A model generated the notes under the pieces. It searched no databases, had not been told where the DNA came from, and saw only the letters and a list, made by a program, of their open reading frames with translations. Positions 27,852 to 41,559 of a stretch of DNA of 64,000 bases are shown one piece after another (the stretch's first letter is position 1; every line of letters starts with the position of its first letter). Source of the DNA: the human T2T-CHM13v2.0 reference genome, Homo sapiens. The stretch lies in assembly GCF_009914755.1 (NCBI RefSeq), contig NC_060929.1. One strand, given 5' to 3'. The position numbers were made by a program, and so were the translations under genes.

Positions 27852-29122
27852 AGTAGTCTAATTTCAGAAACGAATTACTATATTTTACTGATTATGTGAT
27901 GCATATTTCTTTAGATTTTAATATCTCTAAAATTAGAATGTACCATACTGTTGGTGGTGGTTTCTCACTGTATCCTACTTTAATTAGCAGCATTTTTTTT
28001 TCCTAAATACTACATAAGATAATATGTCAAATAATCAGTGGTATCTAGGAGACAATGAAATAGAAAAACTCCAATCGGATTTGGCATATCAGATACTAAT
28101 AGTGTCTGATCTGTAATTTGTATTTACAGATGATTCACACATTTTAAGCATATTGTGGTAACTATTAACTGCCTTTTTCAATATAACTGGGTATATTTAT
28201 AACTAGCAAGCATTTGCACAAATGAGAAATGCAGAAATAATCCCAAAATATGAGGAATCATTATAATTGGTATTTATTAAATGCTTAGTATAGGTTGAGT
28301 TAGTACTTTTCTTTCATTACTCTTAGTATTTTCTTCCATTACCTCAGTCTCCTCATCTTTAAAAATAGTAAAATAACCCTCAAAAGATCATTATAAAGAT
28401 TAAAATGTGAAAATTACATAACTAGAGTAAGTAACTTATACTCCTTAACAACTAAATTAATTAATTAAATTCGTTAAAAATTTGAGGCGGCTTTCTTTAG
28501 ACCTGGGGAAAATCTGAAGGAAATACAACTTACAGATAAAATTGTGAATTGTTTTTAAACCTAAGTTCAAATTTTCCCAATCTGACTTCTCAATGGAACA
28601 TTGTTTAGAATTATTTTCCTTTTTGTTATGAAGGAAAACAAGTCTAGTTAATACAAATTAAATTCTTTGAGTGCCTTTTTTATTTAAAAAAGATTTAAAT
28701 ATAGTTCTTCTCATAACAAAGAAGAAATATTTTCATGGTTGTTAGGAAATAAATACCAGTAATGAGTAGAAAACTTACTCCATTTTGAAGTAAACTCAGA
28801 CTGCAGATGGGCAGGCAGTGGAAGGGCTTCAGGAAAAATCTGATAGCCTTGCATCTTCAATAAATTAAGTAGTTTCTGGCCCCAGTTCCATTCCAAGTAA
28901 TGCTGTGGGTAAGCTTTGCTATTTTTATGTTCTTGTGCTAACATGTTCAGGTTACCACAATAACATTGCTTTTTTGTGTTGACTAAATTTTTTGAGCACT
29001 TATGCCCATGCAACGTCATTTGGTGGTAACTGAAATACGATACATTGATTTTTAATTTCTAAAGCTCTTCTAGATAAAGGCAGCAACATCGATCTTCAAA
29101 AGATGTTTTAAACTAGAGGTTA

Positions 29123-29450
<328 letters not shown>

Positions 29451-29602
29451 TTAGATGACAGGATGTTTGTTTAATTGTAAAAATTATTGTTATTTATTTT
29501 TAGTACACCTGCAAAAGCATTGAGTTTTCTAAATAAGTGTTTCATGATAAACTCTTAAAAGATTTCCTCTTTTCTCCCCAGAAAAATAATTCAGAAAAAT
29601 AC

Positions 29603-29720
29603 CGTGAGAGAGCAGTTTCCACATTTCTTTTCACAGTAAGCAATCTTAATGGCTTCTTCTACATATGGGAAAGTTAGGAAGGAAAAAGGCAAACCAAGAT
29701 GATATACAAGACGGCCACAT
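29603..29720 (-). CDS. SELENOP: Selenoprotein P exon 4 (CGRLVYHLGLPFSFLTFPYVEEAIKIAYCEKKCGNCSLT)
   Basis: ttttcttag acceptor, ACG|gtattt donor, 118 nt, frame-consistent. Confidence 0.97.
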
Positions 29721-30899
29721 CTAAGAAAAAGGACAAATACAATGTCACTATAATATTTTCTGTATCACGATCCTACTCAAATACAGTCTGGGATAGGTAT
29801 TATAGGTTTAATGGTCATAACTAAGACCCTTTCACGCCTTTACTAAATTTCTTTGGATGAGAGCTACAAATGAGCTCCCAGGTACTGCACACCAGGTCAG
29901 GTCATAGCAACACTATAATTAGTCTAATACTAGTATTTTGAAATGTTATAGATATGTCACTATATAATATCAAAAATGTCATCACTGTGACTTGGTAAAA
30001 TACAATTTTGTGACTGACTTATAAATTCTACCAGTGCCCAAACCGCTAACTTATAAATTAGGCTCTGAAAATCACTTGAGCTTGTCATAACTGCTAAGGC
30101 AGCACAAATTTGACACAACAAGAAATCATCACATAACAAAAACATCTCCAAGCCTTGGCCAGTAGCCCATTTATTTAAAAATGTATCTAATGCAATGAAA
30201 ATTTCAGCACAATGAAAGTATTAGAACATGTGGCATTGTCAGAAATGGTGGGGTTAAAATGTTCTTCTTGCCTACATTTTACCTAGTATATATGGTTTTA
30301 TGTGACTATCAAAGGGTTATACTTTTAGGTTATCCTAAAAATTAGAAGTTTAAAGGCCTAAAAGAATGAAATGTGAATTTTTAAAAATTTAGTGTAAGAC
30401 CAAGTAGGGCTCACCAGACTCCGGAGAGTCAAAAAAAACAAAGCACCAACTAAGAATGTTTATAATGGCATAATGCATGAATTGAGATTCCCTCAAAATA
30501 TAAATGTTTTATTTGTTCATAGAATCAAAAGTAGATTTGTGCAGATCATGCTTAAATGATTAACTCACTTTACAGTTCAGAAATTCAGGTATGTAGCCTT
30601 AAAATTATTATTTAGATTAAAATTAATTAGAAGATATGGTTATTCATTTGCAAAAGAATTAGGTTAGAATTGTACAGGATATACAAATTGGTCATTCTTT
30701 TTATTTAACCGAAATGCCAATTTATGGGGATAATCAATTTTCTGTATTTTCCTCTTGGAATGGTGAACTCTTTTACATGCCTTACTTTTTAAAAAGTCAT
30801 TTCAAAAATAAAAGTCATTTCAAAAAAATAAATGTGAATAAAGAGTTTATAAACTATTTGGCAATAATCAAAAGCAAATATATTATTTTAAATCACTTA

Positions 30900-31780
30900 C
30901 TATTAAATACAAAACAAGAAGAAATCAAGTGAAGAGATTAGTGGAAAAATCTAGAGGAGTGGTCACCAGGAAGTAACTTGAGATAATAATTACGGATATG
31001 AGATAAATATACTCAGGATTAAGAACCCATAGAATTTGATTACTGACTGAGGTGGGAAGTGTGGTGGAAGGAGTAAGTAATACATTCCTGTCACACAGTT
31101 TTGTGAAGGGGTGGATGGCAGCAAGGCTGCCATACCTGATGGTTTTTGTGATGTCCTGCAAAATAGTGGATGATGACTGGGAGTGCAGGCTCTGAAAATT
31201 ATAGGATTATATGCCCTAGTGGTTGGCTGCATCTGCCTCCAATAGGTTGTATATAAAAATCACACAAAAGTGAAAGTATAAGCATGTTTTAGGAGAAGAT
31301 AATCAATACAGATTTGAATAATTAAATTTAAGATGTTTGTGAATATGTCTAGGAAGTAGACTCGTCTGGAGTTCAGTCATTGTGTTTCAGCTTTGTATAT
31401 ATGGGATCATCCTAATATGTGTTTTAATTGTAATCAAGGGATAGATGAGATTGCTCAGGTAAAATGTGCAGAGTGTGAATAGGCAGAAAGCTGTATAGCC
31501 CTGAATAACACAAACACATACAGAATAAACCAAGGAAGAATGTGGGAGGAAGAAAAATCAGGAGGTGGAAGAGGAGGAAGTGTGGAGGAGGAGAAAGAAG
31601 AGGAAGGATATGAGGAAAACCAGCAGGGTATAGTGTCATAGAAATTTTTTAAAATGAGAGTATTTCAAAAATAAGGAGTGATTTTTACTTCTAAATGTTA
31701 AAGAGAGATTATATGAGATGAAGACTGAAATATGGCATTGTATTTAACAGTAAAGAAGATTGTTATGTGTGATGGGAAGT
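30900..31780 (-). mobile_element. Degenerate L2 fragments
   Basis: Purine-rich decayed L2 motifs (agatgagattgctcagg, atgagatgaagactgaaa...tggcattgtatttaaca). Confidence 0.5.
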
Positions 31781-31842
31781 AAATAAATAGATACGAAACA
31801 GTTATTTTTAAATTTGGGATGTGTTTGTGTGTATGTACAAAC

Positions 31843-32055
31843 CTATCATATATGAGGAAGTCATCTTTGCTTCCATTTAAAAGAGTCCAGACATCTGTTT
31901 GGTTTTCTTCTTGTTGATAAACAGGAATATGCTCTGAAACCTTATTCTTAAGATGTGTGTATTTTAATCGAGAAGAGATTCCTTGATGATTAACAACAAT
32001 ATAAGAAATATTAGAATATCCTTCTTTCTTCAGTTTTACTCGCAGGTCTTCTAAT
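31843..32055 (-). CDS. SELENOP: Selenoprotein P exon 3 (LEDLRVKLKKEGYSNISYIVVNHQGISSRLKYTHLKNKVSEHIPVYQQEENQTDVWTLLNGSKDDFLIYDR)
   Basis: attttag acceptor, AG|gtttgt donor, 213 nt, frame-consistent. Confidence 0.97.
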
Positions 32056-32319
32056 CTAAAATATTTGGGAAGAAATACATAAAATGAATAATCTCATTTG
32101 ATTTGATTAGTGGTTTTTCTCCCTCTTCCTTAATTTTCTATGTGAAACTCTCCTTCTTATTTTTAACTAACCCATACTGCACCTATTCTTTATATTGCTG
32201 TAAAAGATTTTAAAACTTTCATTTTTAGAATTACTTAAAACTTGTGCTTAATTAAAACCTTATGCTTACACAAACATTGGTTTAGTTCTCAAATTAGCAC
32301 GATGAAGTGTATATATTTT

Positions 32320-32640
32320 GAATGTATCTTATAGGTAGAATGGATTCAACCAACCACAGATAAAAAATGGTTGGAAAAAAAAAGATGGCTGCATCTATAG
32401 TAGTGAACATGTAGACTTTTTTTCTTGTCATTCATTATTCACTAAATACAGTATAAAAATTCCTTACATAGCATTTACATTGTGTTAGGTATTATAAGTA
32501 ATCTAGAGATGATTAAAGCATATGAAAGTATATGCATAGGTTATACATGCCATTTTATATAAAGGATTTGAGCTCCATGGATTTTGGTGTATGAGGGGGA
32601 TCCTGGAACCAATCCTGCACAGATACCACTGGATGACTGT
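32320..32640 (-). mobile_element. MER2-like (TcMar-Tigger) DNA transposon relic
   Basis: gggatcctggaaccaatcc..gatacca..gatgactg terminus; ttaggtattataagtaatctagagatgatt core. Confidence 0.7.
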
Positions 32641-33097
32641 AAGGAGAATTCCACCCAGTGAATATCTGGTGAATAACTCAACAAATATTTTTTATATTTA
32701 TTTGTTAAATAACCCAAGACTTTGATAGCAAGCCTAGTGTTCTTTCTACTCTGACAAAACAGTCTTCTCTGCCTCTTGTATTGAAGTAACTGTTCTATTT
32801 GCAGAAGTACATTTTAGAGCATTTTCATTACACAAGTAATACATATTTAGTAGGAAGTTATAAAATATAGGTGCACAAAAAGAAGAAAAAATTTCCATAA
32901 CCCTAGGAAACCCACTGTAAACATTTTGGTGTGTATCATCCTAGTTTCTCTCTTCTAATATGTTCTATGCAAACACATAGTTTTTCTAAAAGTGTGACTT
33001 AATACATTATTTACACTTTTATTTTATGTCTATATGCGTGTGTGTATTTAATAGCCTTCCCCTTAAGGTATTTTAAGCCACAGAAAGACTGTCTTAC

Positions 33098-33300
33098 TTA
33101 GATGCCTGCAGTATGCACAGGTATCAGCTGGCTTGAAGAAGAGCAACCACAGTCACTGAACCATTGGAGTTTAGCATTGGATCTTGATCTCTTATGCTCC
33201 AGGCTGGGGGTTGCTTACATAAGGAGCTTTGGTCCTGGCTCTCTGTTCCTCCCGATGGGAGGAGACAGAGAGCCAGGGCAAGCCCCAGGCTTCTCCACAT
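33098..33300 (-). CDS. SELENOP: Selenoprotein P exon 2 CDS: signal peptide MWRSLGLALALCLLPSGGT and UxxC motif (U59-Y-L-C62); exon starts at 33313
   Basis: ttttacag acceptor at 33314-33315, ATG 33300-33298, TGA 33126-33124, AA|gtaaga donor; exons total 203+213+118+612 = 1146 nt (381 aa plus stop). Confidence 0.98.
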
Positions 33301-33573
33301 TGCTGGGGTTGTCCTGTAAAAGAGAAAACCTGTCACTCTTCTTCATAGTTAACTTCACAGTCCTAACTATGAATTTCTATAAATCCTGCAGACATAATTC
33401 CACTTCCTAAAAATACCTAGCCCATGAATTCTGTCTCCAGAAAGTTATGTTCAGACTGTGGCTTATAAAAATAAGTCTGTGACTTATGTAACATTCTGCA
33501 AACACAACCTAACTTTTGTTTGAGACACACCAAGTTCTGACTGTTCTTTCTATCCTCCAAGAAGAAAGGGATA

Positions 33574-33888
33574 GGCCGGGTGTGGTGGCTCACGCCTGTA
33601 ATCCCAGCACTTTGGGAGGCCGAGGCTGGCAGATCACGATGTCAGGAGATCGAGACCATCCTGGCTAACACGGTGAAACCCCTTCTCTACTAAAATTATA
33701 CAAAAAAAAAAAAAAAATTAGCCAGGCTTGGTGGCAGACACCTGTAGTCCCAGCTACTCAGGAGGCTGAGGCAGGAGAATGGTGTGAACCCGGGCGGTGG
33801 AGCTTGCAGTGAGCTGAGATCGCGCCCCTGCACTCCAGCCTGGGCGACAGAACGAGACTCTGTCTCAAAAAAAAAAAAACAAAAGAAG
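33574..33888 (+). mobile_element. AluY in SELENOP intron 1
   Basis: Full dimer; TSD AAGAAGAAAGGGATA 33559-33573 / 33889-33903. Confidence 0.95.
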
Positions 33889-34899
33889 AAGAAGAAAGGG
33901 ATAAATAGAGCATTCTGCACAGAAATGAAAAGAGCCAGCAAAAAAAGAGAACCAAGGAAAAAAGATGATGGCAGAAAAGACAGTATACCAACATGAATGT
34001 GGCTCATGTCGGGCCCTTAGCTCTTCAAGTTCAAACATTCTATATTTATCTCTTGGGTATGGCTCCCTTTTGTTTCTCTTATTCCTTGAAGTCTGGCTGT
34101 ATGTATCTAACCAAGTAGAAATATCACACATCTGCCCCCTCTACCATTTAAGACTCTTTGAAATCCACACTCAATTAGCCTATTTATTGGAAAGTTCCTA
34201 TGACTAGAAAATTCCTATGACTAGACAGCACTTTCTTTGGTAAAAAGATGCTTCCTCTGAGCAACGAAATTAAAATGCTTTTAAATACCTGACTAGAAAT
34301 ATCCTCAAAACTAGGGCTAGCTCTCTAAACAGAAATGTTCAAAAACAGGTGAACTGTAGACAGGTGATAAAGAAAAAGGAACACATTCAGCAGAGAGGAG
34401 CAAAGAAAAATCCTCACAAGTAATTCAGGCTCATTTTGATGTAAGAATCTGTGGGGAGAGATCAGGACAAAATTTGAAAACTGGGAAATCAATATATTTT
34501 CAAGCACTGATTTGAAATTTTTAAAAGCAGATGCATTTCTTTGGAGGTGGGGAGCTAATGGTAAATTACTTAGAGTGAGCCCAGAATTAAGAGAAGAATA
34601 GAAAAGTTAAAATCAGATTGATCTGGGCTTTAATGCACTGGTAGATATAGATAGAATTTTTAACCCTGATTGTCTTTCACATTATTTAACACATCAAAAC
34701 TCTTACCTATATATGATATCTTGATAAGAACTTAACTAGAGAGAGTGAGGTGAGAGAGGTAGAGAGAGAGGACAAATTAACTTACTTATTTAAGGCCACT
34801 CCAACTACTTATTTTAATATTTAAAATATTCTAATATTTTAAGAAGAAGAAGATATATTTGGACTGTTTCTAGAAAATTCCTCTAGAATGGTATTTACA

Positions 34900-35160
34900 A
34901 TGATAATACAATTATCCTTATTATAGCTAATGTTTATTTAACTTTTATACAAATATATTCAGGTGGCACTAAGCACTTTTATATATCATGTCAGTTAATC
35001 CTTAAAACAATTATGTGACCATTATCCCCTTTTGCAGTTGAGAAAAACCATGGCTAAGAGTTTAGGTAACTTGTCTATGATCACACAGAGAGAAAGTCAG
35101 TCACAAAAGAGACTGGATTAAAACTAGTTCTGTCAAATCCTAAGCTACATCTTAGCTACT
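34900..35160. mobile_element. MIR relic
   Basis: ttaatccttaaaacaa..attatccccttttgcagttgagaaaa..ggtaacttgtctatgatcacacag core. Confidence 0.65.
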
Positions 35161-35260
35161 GCAATATATTGAGAGTTTTTAGATAGATCACCTTGTAATA
35201 ACTATAGCCGCCAACTATTTTTGTTTATGCACTAAGATGCCAAAGAAAACATAAAAATAA

Positions 35261-35722
<462 letters not shown>

Positions 35723-36779
35723 CTGAATGGTGAATACAAATGAAAAGACTGTTTCACTCATTTCCCTCATTTAGGTTTATGATGAAAAAATAACCCATTG
35801 GCAGAGAGTTGTAGCTTAAGAGTTCACACTTTCGGATTTCTTCTGTCATTATAATCAACAGGCTGCTCAATTTTGTTTTCTTAAAATTATTTCTTACACC
35901 GTAAACCTTTGATAATTATAGTTGTCAGACAGCTATATAAAAATAATGAAGATAAATAACAAAATTGGGTTTCCTGGAAGCTGATCCAATAAGAATTGAA
36001 AAGTAGTTGTAAATTTCACTATGTCACCACTTTTCAATTGCGAAACTTAAATTTCATGGCCACATTCAGACCTACATTTATTTAAAATTACTCATTAAAA
36101 AGCAGGATATGTACAAACTTTCTCTGTCCTCCACCTCTGAACTTTAGGCCAGCATCTGAAAGCCCCTAATTCACCTGAATGCTCTCATTCACCATTTAAA
36201 ATACAAAAGTTTGCATTTAATCACAGACCACCTAATTGTTGACATGGGTTTTAGCTTCTTTAAGGGTGACCACTTCTGCACTGTGGACTGAACCTACTGT
36301 ACCCCATTCCACCACTTTTTCTTCTGAAACTGCTCACAATATCCCTGGACATTTCTACAACACTAGAATGAGCATATTTCAGTGTCTGCTCTTCAAATCC
36401 AAATGGCTGGGTTTTTTCCCTGTTTGTTCTTACTCTGCCCTTCAGTGGAAAATATTTAAATTTGAACATATAATACTGCCTATGTAACATCACAACAGAT
36501 TATAGAATAAAAGGTTTGGATTTCTCCAGCTTCCTCTGCTCTCAGCTGTGCAGAAGACAGGGCAGAAATCAAGAACTGACAAATGTGCGCACTGGGAACT
36601 TCACCTACCACACCTAAGTTCAGACTCTTCTTATTCTTTTTCTCTTTTATTATTTTTATTTCCTCTATCCACCAGTTTTCTGAATCTATTCTATGGAAAA
36701 AAACAATTTATCAGACTCAAAAAATATTTACCAAACTTTAAAAGAATAAAGTATCAGAAAACACGAAGTTCCTACTTAC

Positions 36780-36835
36780 ACAACCACTTCCAACGGGCCT
36801 GCTTCCTTTCTCTTTGCTTTACTCTGGCAGCTCCA
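36780..36835 (-). other. SELENOP: SELENOP non-coding exon 1 (TSS approximate)
   Basis: GTTGT|gtaagt donor at 36779; TATAAA about 30 nt upstream. Confidence 0.8.
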
Positions 36836-37120
36836 CAAAGCCACAGCAGCACACTCTGATATTTATAGTCCTGTTGTTTACCTCACCCCTCAGGTATAGT
36901 CCAAAGTTCAATGTTCATTCTTGCAGTGACCTTGCAAGCAGAGCAAACCCCTGAGCTGATTGTTATCAACTTAAAAGAAAGTAGCAAGTGCTGCCATGCA
37001 TAATATGGGGAAAACATTTTGACAATTACTAATTTATTCCCTATCCTTTTCAGTCACCCTAGAATCTAGGATTTAATGGTACAGTCGGGGGCGGGAGGAA
37101 GGGCTAAGGGTAAACAAGGC
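36836..37120 (-). promoter_or_regulatory. SELENOP: SELENOP proximal promoter: TATA, FoxO, HNF4 DR1, nuclear-receptor half site, GC box
   Basis: TATAAA 36867-36862; GTAAACA 36881-36875 and 37110-37116; AGTCCAAAGTTCA 36898-36910; TGACCTTG 36927-36934; GGGGGCGGGA 37087-37096. Confidence 0.75.
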
Positions 37121-37194
37121 CTCCAAGTTGCCTTCTTTCCCAAACTATAACAGGGAAAAACATTTGCTGAGCCAGCGAATTATGCTGCTGCTTT

Positions 37195-37242
37195 AAAAAA
37201 AAAAAAAAAAGAGAGAGAGAAGCTTTTTTTTCCTTTTGTTTT
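37195..37242 (-). repeat. Compound promoter repeat A4-C-A4-GG-A8-GCT-(TC)5-T16
   Basis: Read directly on the minus strand about 360-400 nt upstream of the TSS. Confidence 0.85.
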
Positions 37243-38857
37243 GCTTCTTGCAGTGATGAGGTGCTAGCTTAGCCCACACAGTGTGACCTTTGTTAGAAAA
37301 GTCACCTGCTGTTACAAGTTACTCTGGTCTCCTGTTGTTACAGACTTACACGTCGATTGTGTTCTATGTTTATAACTTGAATTCATATGGGATTTCACAG
37401 GACCACTGCTCTTTTCTTGTTAATTTAAGGAAATAGAAAAATAGACTTCCTATCTGAGGGAAATCAGACCTCATTTTTATTGTCACTGAAGTCGTACTTC
37501 CTGGAAGACCTATGCATCCCCAGAATTTTTTGAGGATCGAATATAAAATCTTTACAAATGTGAATACCATAAAAATAAAAATTAAAGGTAGTAGTTGGAC
37601 ATGGAAAGAGTGTGGAAATTTCAAGATGTACAAATGAAATAGCTAATTCCTACTATTTCAGAAGAGGGTATTTTCTTTCTGGTAACGCTTGTAAGTTGGC
37701 ATGCTCACTGTAGGTGAGGTAAGGAGCAATGTCAAATGATGTCATTCCTAGATAGCAATGGTTTTCGAGTAGGCCTTGCTTTTTTCATCAATTAATTTTT
37801 TTCCAAATAATCCCCCACTGATTGCTGTATGCTGAATACTGTTGTACAAGGTGCAGGAACTACAAAGAGACTCAGATGTTATCCTTCCTTTCAAGAAACT
37901 TCCTATCAAATTAGGAGGTTACCATTTGAAATCCAAGTTCTCTTTACTTGCCCTGAGCAGTTGTTACTTGCCTTTTGGGGTCCCATATCTCTTTGAGAAT
38001 CCAGTTAAAATGCACATATACATAATCATTTTTTTAAAGAGTGTCATTAAAAAAATCTTTGTACAAAGCAGATATTCCTCCCTGTAGTTCATTTCCTTGA
38101 CCAATTTAAGTAGTCATATTGAGGAAAGAGAGAGACCCTCTCATATTGTTTTATACTCAGTACCTGTTTTAAGGAAAAAAAAAACAAGGATGTGAAATCA
38201 AAGACAGGCAGCCCGGTGCCAGGCCCAAACCAGGCCTGGGCCTGCCTGGCCTAAACCCAGTAGTTAAAAATCAATTCATAACTTCGAAACCGATGTTATT
38301 CATAGATTCCAGACATTGTACAGAAGAACACTGTGAAACTCCCTGCCCTGTTCTGTTTCTCTCTGACCACCGGTGCACGCAGCCCTTGTCATGTACCCCT
38401 TGCTTGCTCCAATCAATCACAACCCTTACATGTGAAATCTTTAGTATTGTGAGCCTTTAAAAGGGACAGAAATTGTGCACTCGGGGAGCTCGGATTTTAA
38501 GGCAGTGGCTTGCCCACGCTCCCAGCTGAATAAAGCCCTTCTTTCTACAACTCAGTGTCTGAAAGGTTTTGTCTGCAGCTCGTCCTGCTACATTTCTTGG
38601 TTCCCTGACCAGGAAACGAGGTAACTGATAGACATAGACGGCAGAGCTAACCCGTTAGGCGGCTTAGGCCTGTCCTGTGGAGCGTCCCTGCAGGGGACTC
38701 CAGTCAGCCTGAGTGACGCGATCCAAAGAACGCTCCCGGGTAGGAAATTGCCCCGGTGGAATGCCTTGCCAGAGCAGCGCATAGCAGGCCCCTGCAGAGG
38801 ATTAACACGGTGGCTGAACACCGGAAAGAACTGGCACTTGGAGTCGCGACATCTGAA

Positions 38858-39196
38858 ACTTGGTAAGACTAGTCTTTGGAACTTGCCCCACTCCATCTGA
38901 GTGGAAGTGTGGCCTGATCACCCACGGCGTGCCTGTATTGGCACTTTTGTTCTGGTTTTGACTTGGCTTGACTTGGTAAGACTAGTCTTTGGAACTTCCC
39001 CCACTCCATCTGAGTGGAAGTGTGGCCTGATCACCCACAGCGTGCCTGCATTGGCACTTTTGTTCTGGTTTTGACTTGGCTTGACTTGGTAAGACTAGTC
39101 TTTGGAACTTGCCCCACTCCATCTGAGTGGAAGTGTGGCCTGATCACCCACAGCGTGCCTGCATTGGCACTTTTGTTCTGGTTTTGACTTGACTTG
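38858..39196 (+). repeat. 113-bp tandem repeat x3 in proviral leader
   Basis: acttggtaagactagtctttggaactt starts at 38858, 38971 and 39084. Confidence 0.95.
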
Positions 39197-41559
39197 AATT
39201 GCTGGATACTTTGGTTTTGATTTTGACTTGGCTTGAATTTTTTGGTACTCGGATTTTGAATTTCGTGATTTTGGTTTGGTATAAACGGTAAAAGTGTGTG
39301 TGCAGCCTCTTTACCCGTTCTTTTTCTTGTGGTGAGTGTGTGTGGTGTGAGCGTGGTATTTTGTCTCGGAAAAAAAACATGGGTCAGGCACAAATAAGCC
39401 CACCCCACTAGGAACTATGTTAAAAGAAAATTTTCAAGAAAGAATTTAAGGGAGATTACGGTGTTACTGTCACACCAGGAAAACTTAGAACTTTGTGTGA
39501 AATAGACTGGCCAGCATTAGAGGTGGGTTGGCCATCAGAAGGAAGCCTGGACAGGTCCTTTGTTTCAAAGGTATGACACAAGGTAACCTGTAAGCCAAGG
39601 CACCCAGACCAGTTTCAGTACATAGACAATTACAGCTGCTTTTAGACCCCCTTCCCCCCTACAGTAGTTAAGAGAACAGCAGCATAAGCGGCTGGCAGAG
39701 GCAAGGAAAGACCAGCAGAGAGAAAAAGAGGCCATCTATACCAATTCTAAGTTAATTTAGACTAAACAAGGTCTTATTAATAGCAAAGGATAATTGAAAT
39801 CCCAAACTTACAAGGTTTTCAACAAAAGTGAAGTTTGCTAAAAGTTAACAGTGTAACATGTATTATGGTAACTTCTAATCTTGTGGCCTTAGACTGTCTA
39901 GTCCAAAGACATAAAGAAAGTTCGCTTTAAAAAAAAAAAAAAAGGAATGGTTATCTTAAAAAAAAAACAGGAAAAAAAAAAGGGGGGGAGGCAGAATTTA
40001 TGTAAAAAGAGTGTTATAAGGTAAATTCTTCTCCTAAAATAAATTAACTGGTTGTTAAAAAAAAAAAAACTGTTTGTAATAAGTCAGAAAGTTGAGACAT
40101 GTTAAAAAATTGTCTGCGAAAGTCGTAAAAGAAAATGTTATAAAAAAATTTTTATGCAAAAAATGTTGTATAATTTAAAAGTAATAAGGCCTCCTGAGTA
40201 CTATTAAAGAAACTGTTTATGTACAAGGTGTATAAGAAAAGTAAAATATACCTTTGGTAAAAAAAATTATAAGGAGGCATAAGAATTAATTTTTACCTAC
40301 ATTAAAAGGTTAAAAAAATTATTGTTTTAACAGTTTAAGCAAGTTTTAAAATATTAATTTTAAAGAAAATTCTGTGGGTAAACATATTAGCTAAAGTTAA
40401 AAAGGTATCATCCAGTTTTTCTGTGAACTGGACATTAAAGTAAAAATGCAACAGGTTTTTCTTAAAGCATCAACTTGCTCTTTAACAAAAATTATAAAAG
40501 ATTAAAAAGAGTCTATAAAATCTTACCTTATGGTCAAACATAAAAAATTGGATAAATATGTCTACAAGGTTTTATTAAAATTAAGTTTAACATTAATAAC
40601 ACACTAATAAAAAGGTAAAACTTAACTCATCTGGTATAGAAATCATACAAGAAGCATTATTAAATATAAAATGGTGTTTAGCTTTCTTTGATTTAAAAAC
40701 TAATAAAAATTGGTGCTGAAGGAAACATTCATTTTACTAGAGGATCATAGAAGTTGAAGACTTAAAACAAACTTTGGCAATTAAGACAGCATACCAAGAT
40801 GCAAATGCCTGGTTGGAATGGATCAAATATTCCATCTGCACATTAAACAAAAGCAATTGTTATGCTTGTGCACATGGCAGGCCAGAGGCCCTGATTGTCC
40901 CCCTTCCACTAAGGTGGTCCTTCAGTTGACCAGGTGTGGGCTGCATGTAGCTCTTTTCCAGGATTCTGCAGCCAGGAGTAATAAGTCATGCCAAGCTCTC
41001 TCTGCTATATCCCGAAGTCCCTGCCAGTCAGCCCCCGAGGGCCATCCAGCTTCCGTCTCCCAACACTAAGTTCACTTCTTGTCTCTCACAGCAGGGAGGA
41101 GACTTAGCATTCCTTGTAGACCTGAAGGGATGCAATGAGCTTAAGAATTTTCAAGAGCTTATCAATCTGTCTTCCCTTGTTCATCCCTGAGCAGATGTGT
41201 GGTGGTATTGTGGTGGACCTTTACTGGGCACTCTGCCGAATAACTAGAGTGGCACTTGTCCTTTAGTCCATTTGGCTATCCCTTTCACCCTGGCATTTCA
41301 TCAACCAGAGGAAAAAAAATAATAATAAGACATCATAAAGCAAGAGAAGCCCCTTATAGGTCTTTCAACTCTCACATCTATTTAGATGCAATTGGAGCCC
41401 CGCAAGGAATACCAGATTAATTTAAAGCTTGAAATCAAATAGTTACAGGATTTAAGTCAATATTTTAGTAGATGACAGTCAATAAAAATGTAGATTAGAT
41501 GAACTACATCTATTACAACCAACAGCAATGAGCTTTTCATGAGTTAAAAAGAAAAACTC

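Noticed and set aside
34195-34225. Micro-duplication ttcctatgactaga x2 (similar ones near 3848, 7668 and 30792)
   Set aside because: Ordinary slippage duplications with no evident function
38858-39196. Regular repeats resembling a CRISPR array
   Set aside because: Contiguous tandem units without unique spacers, in a eukaryotic provirus
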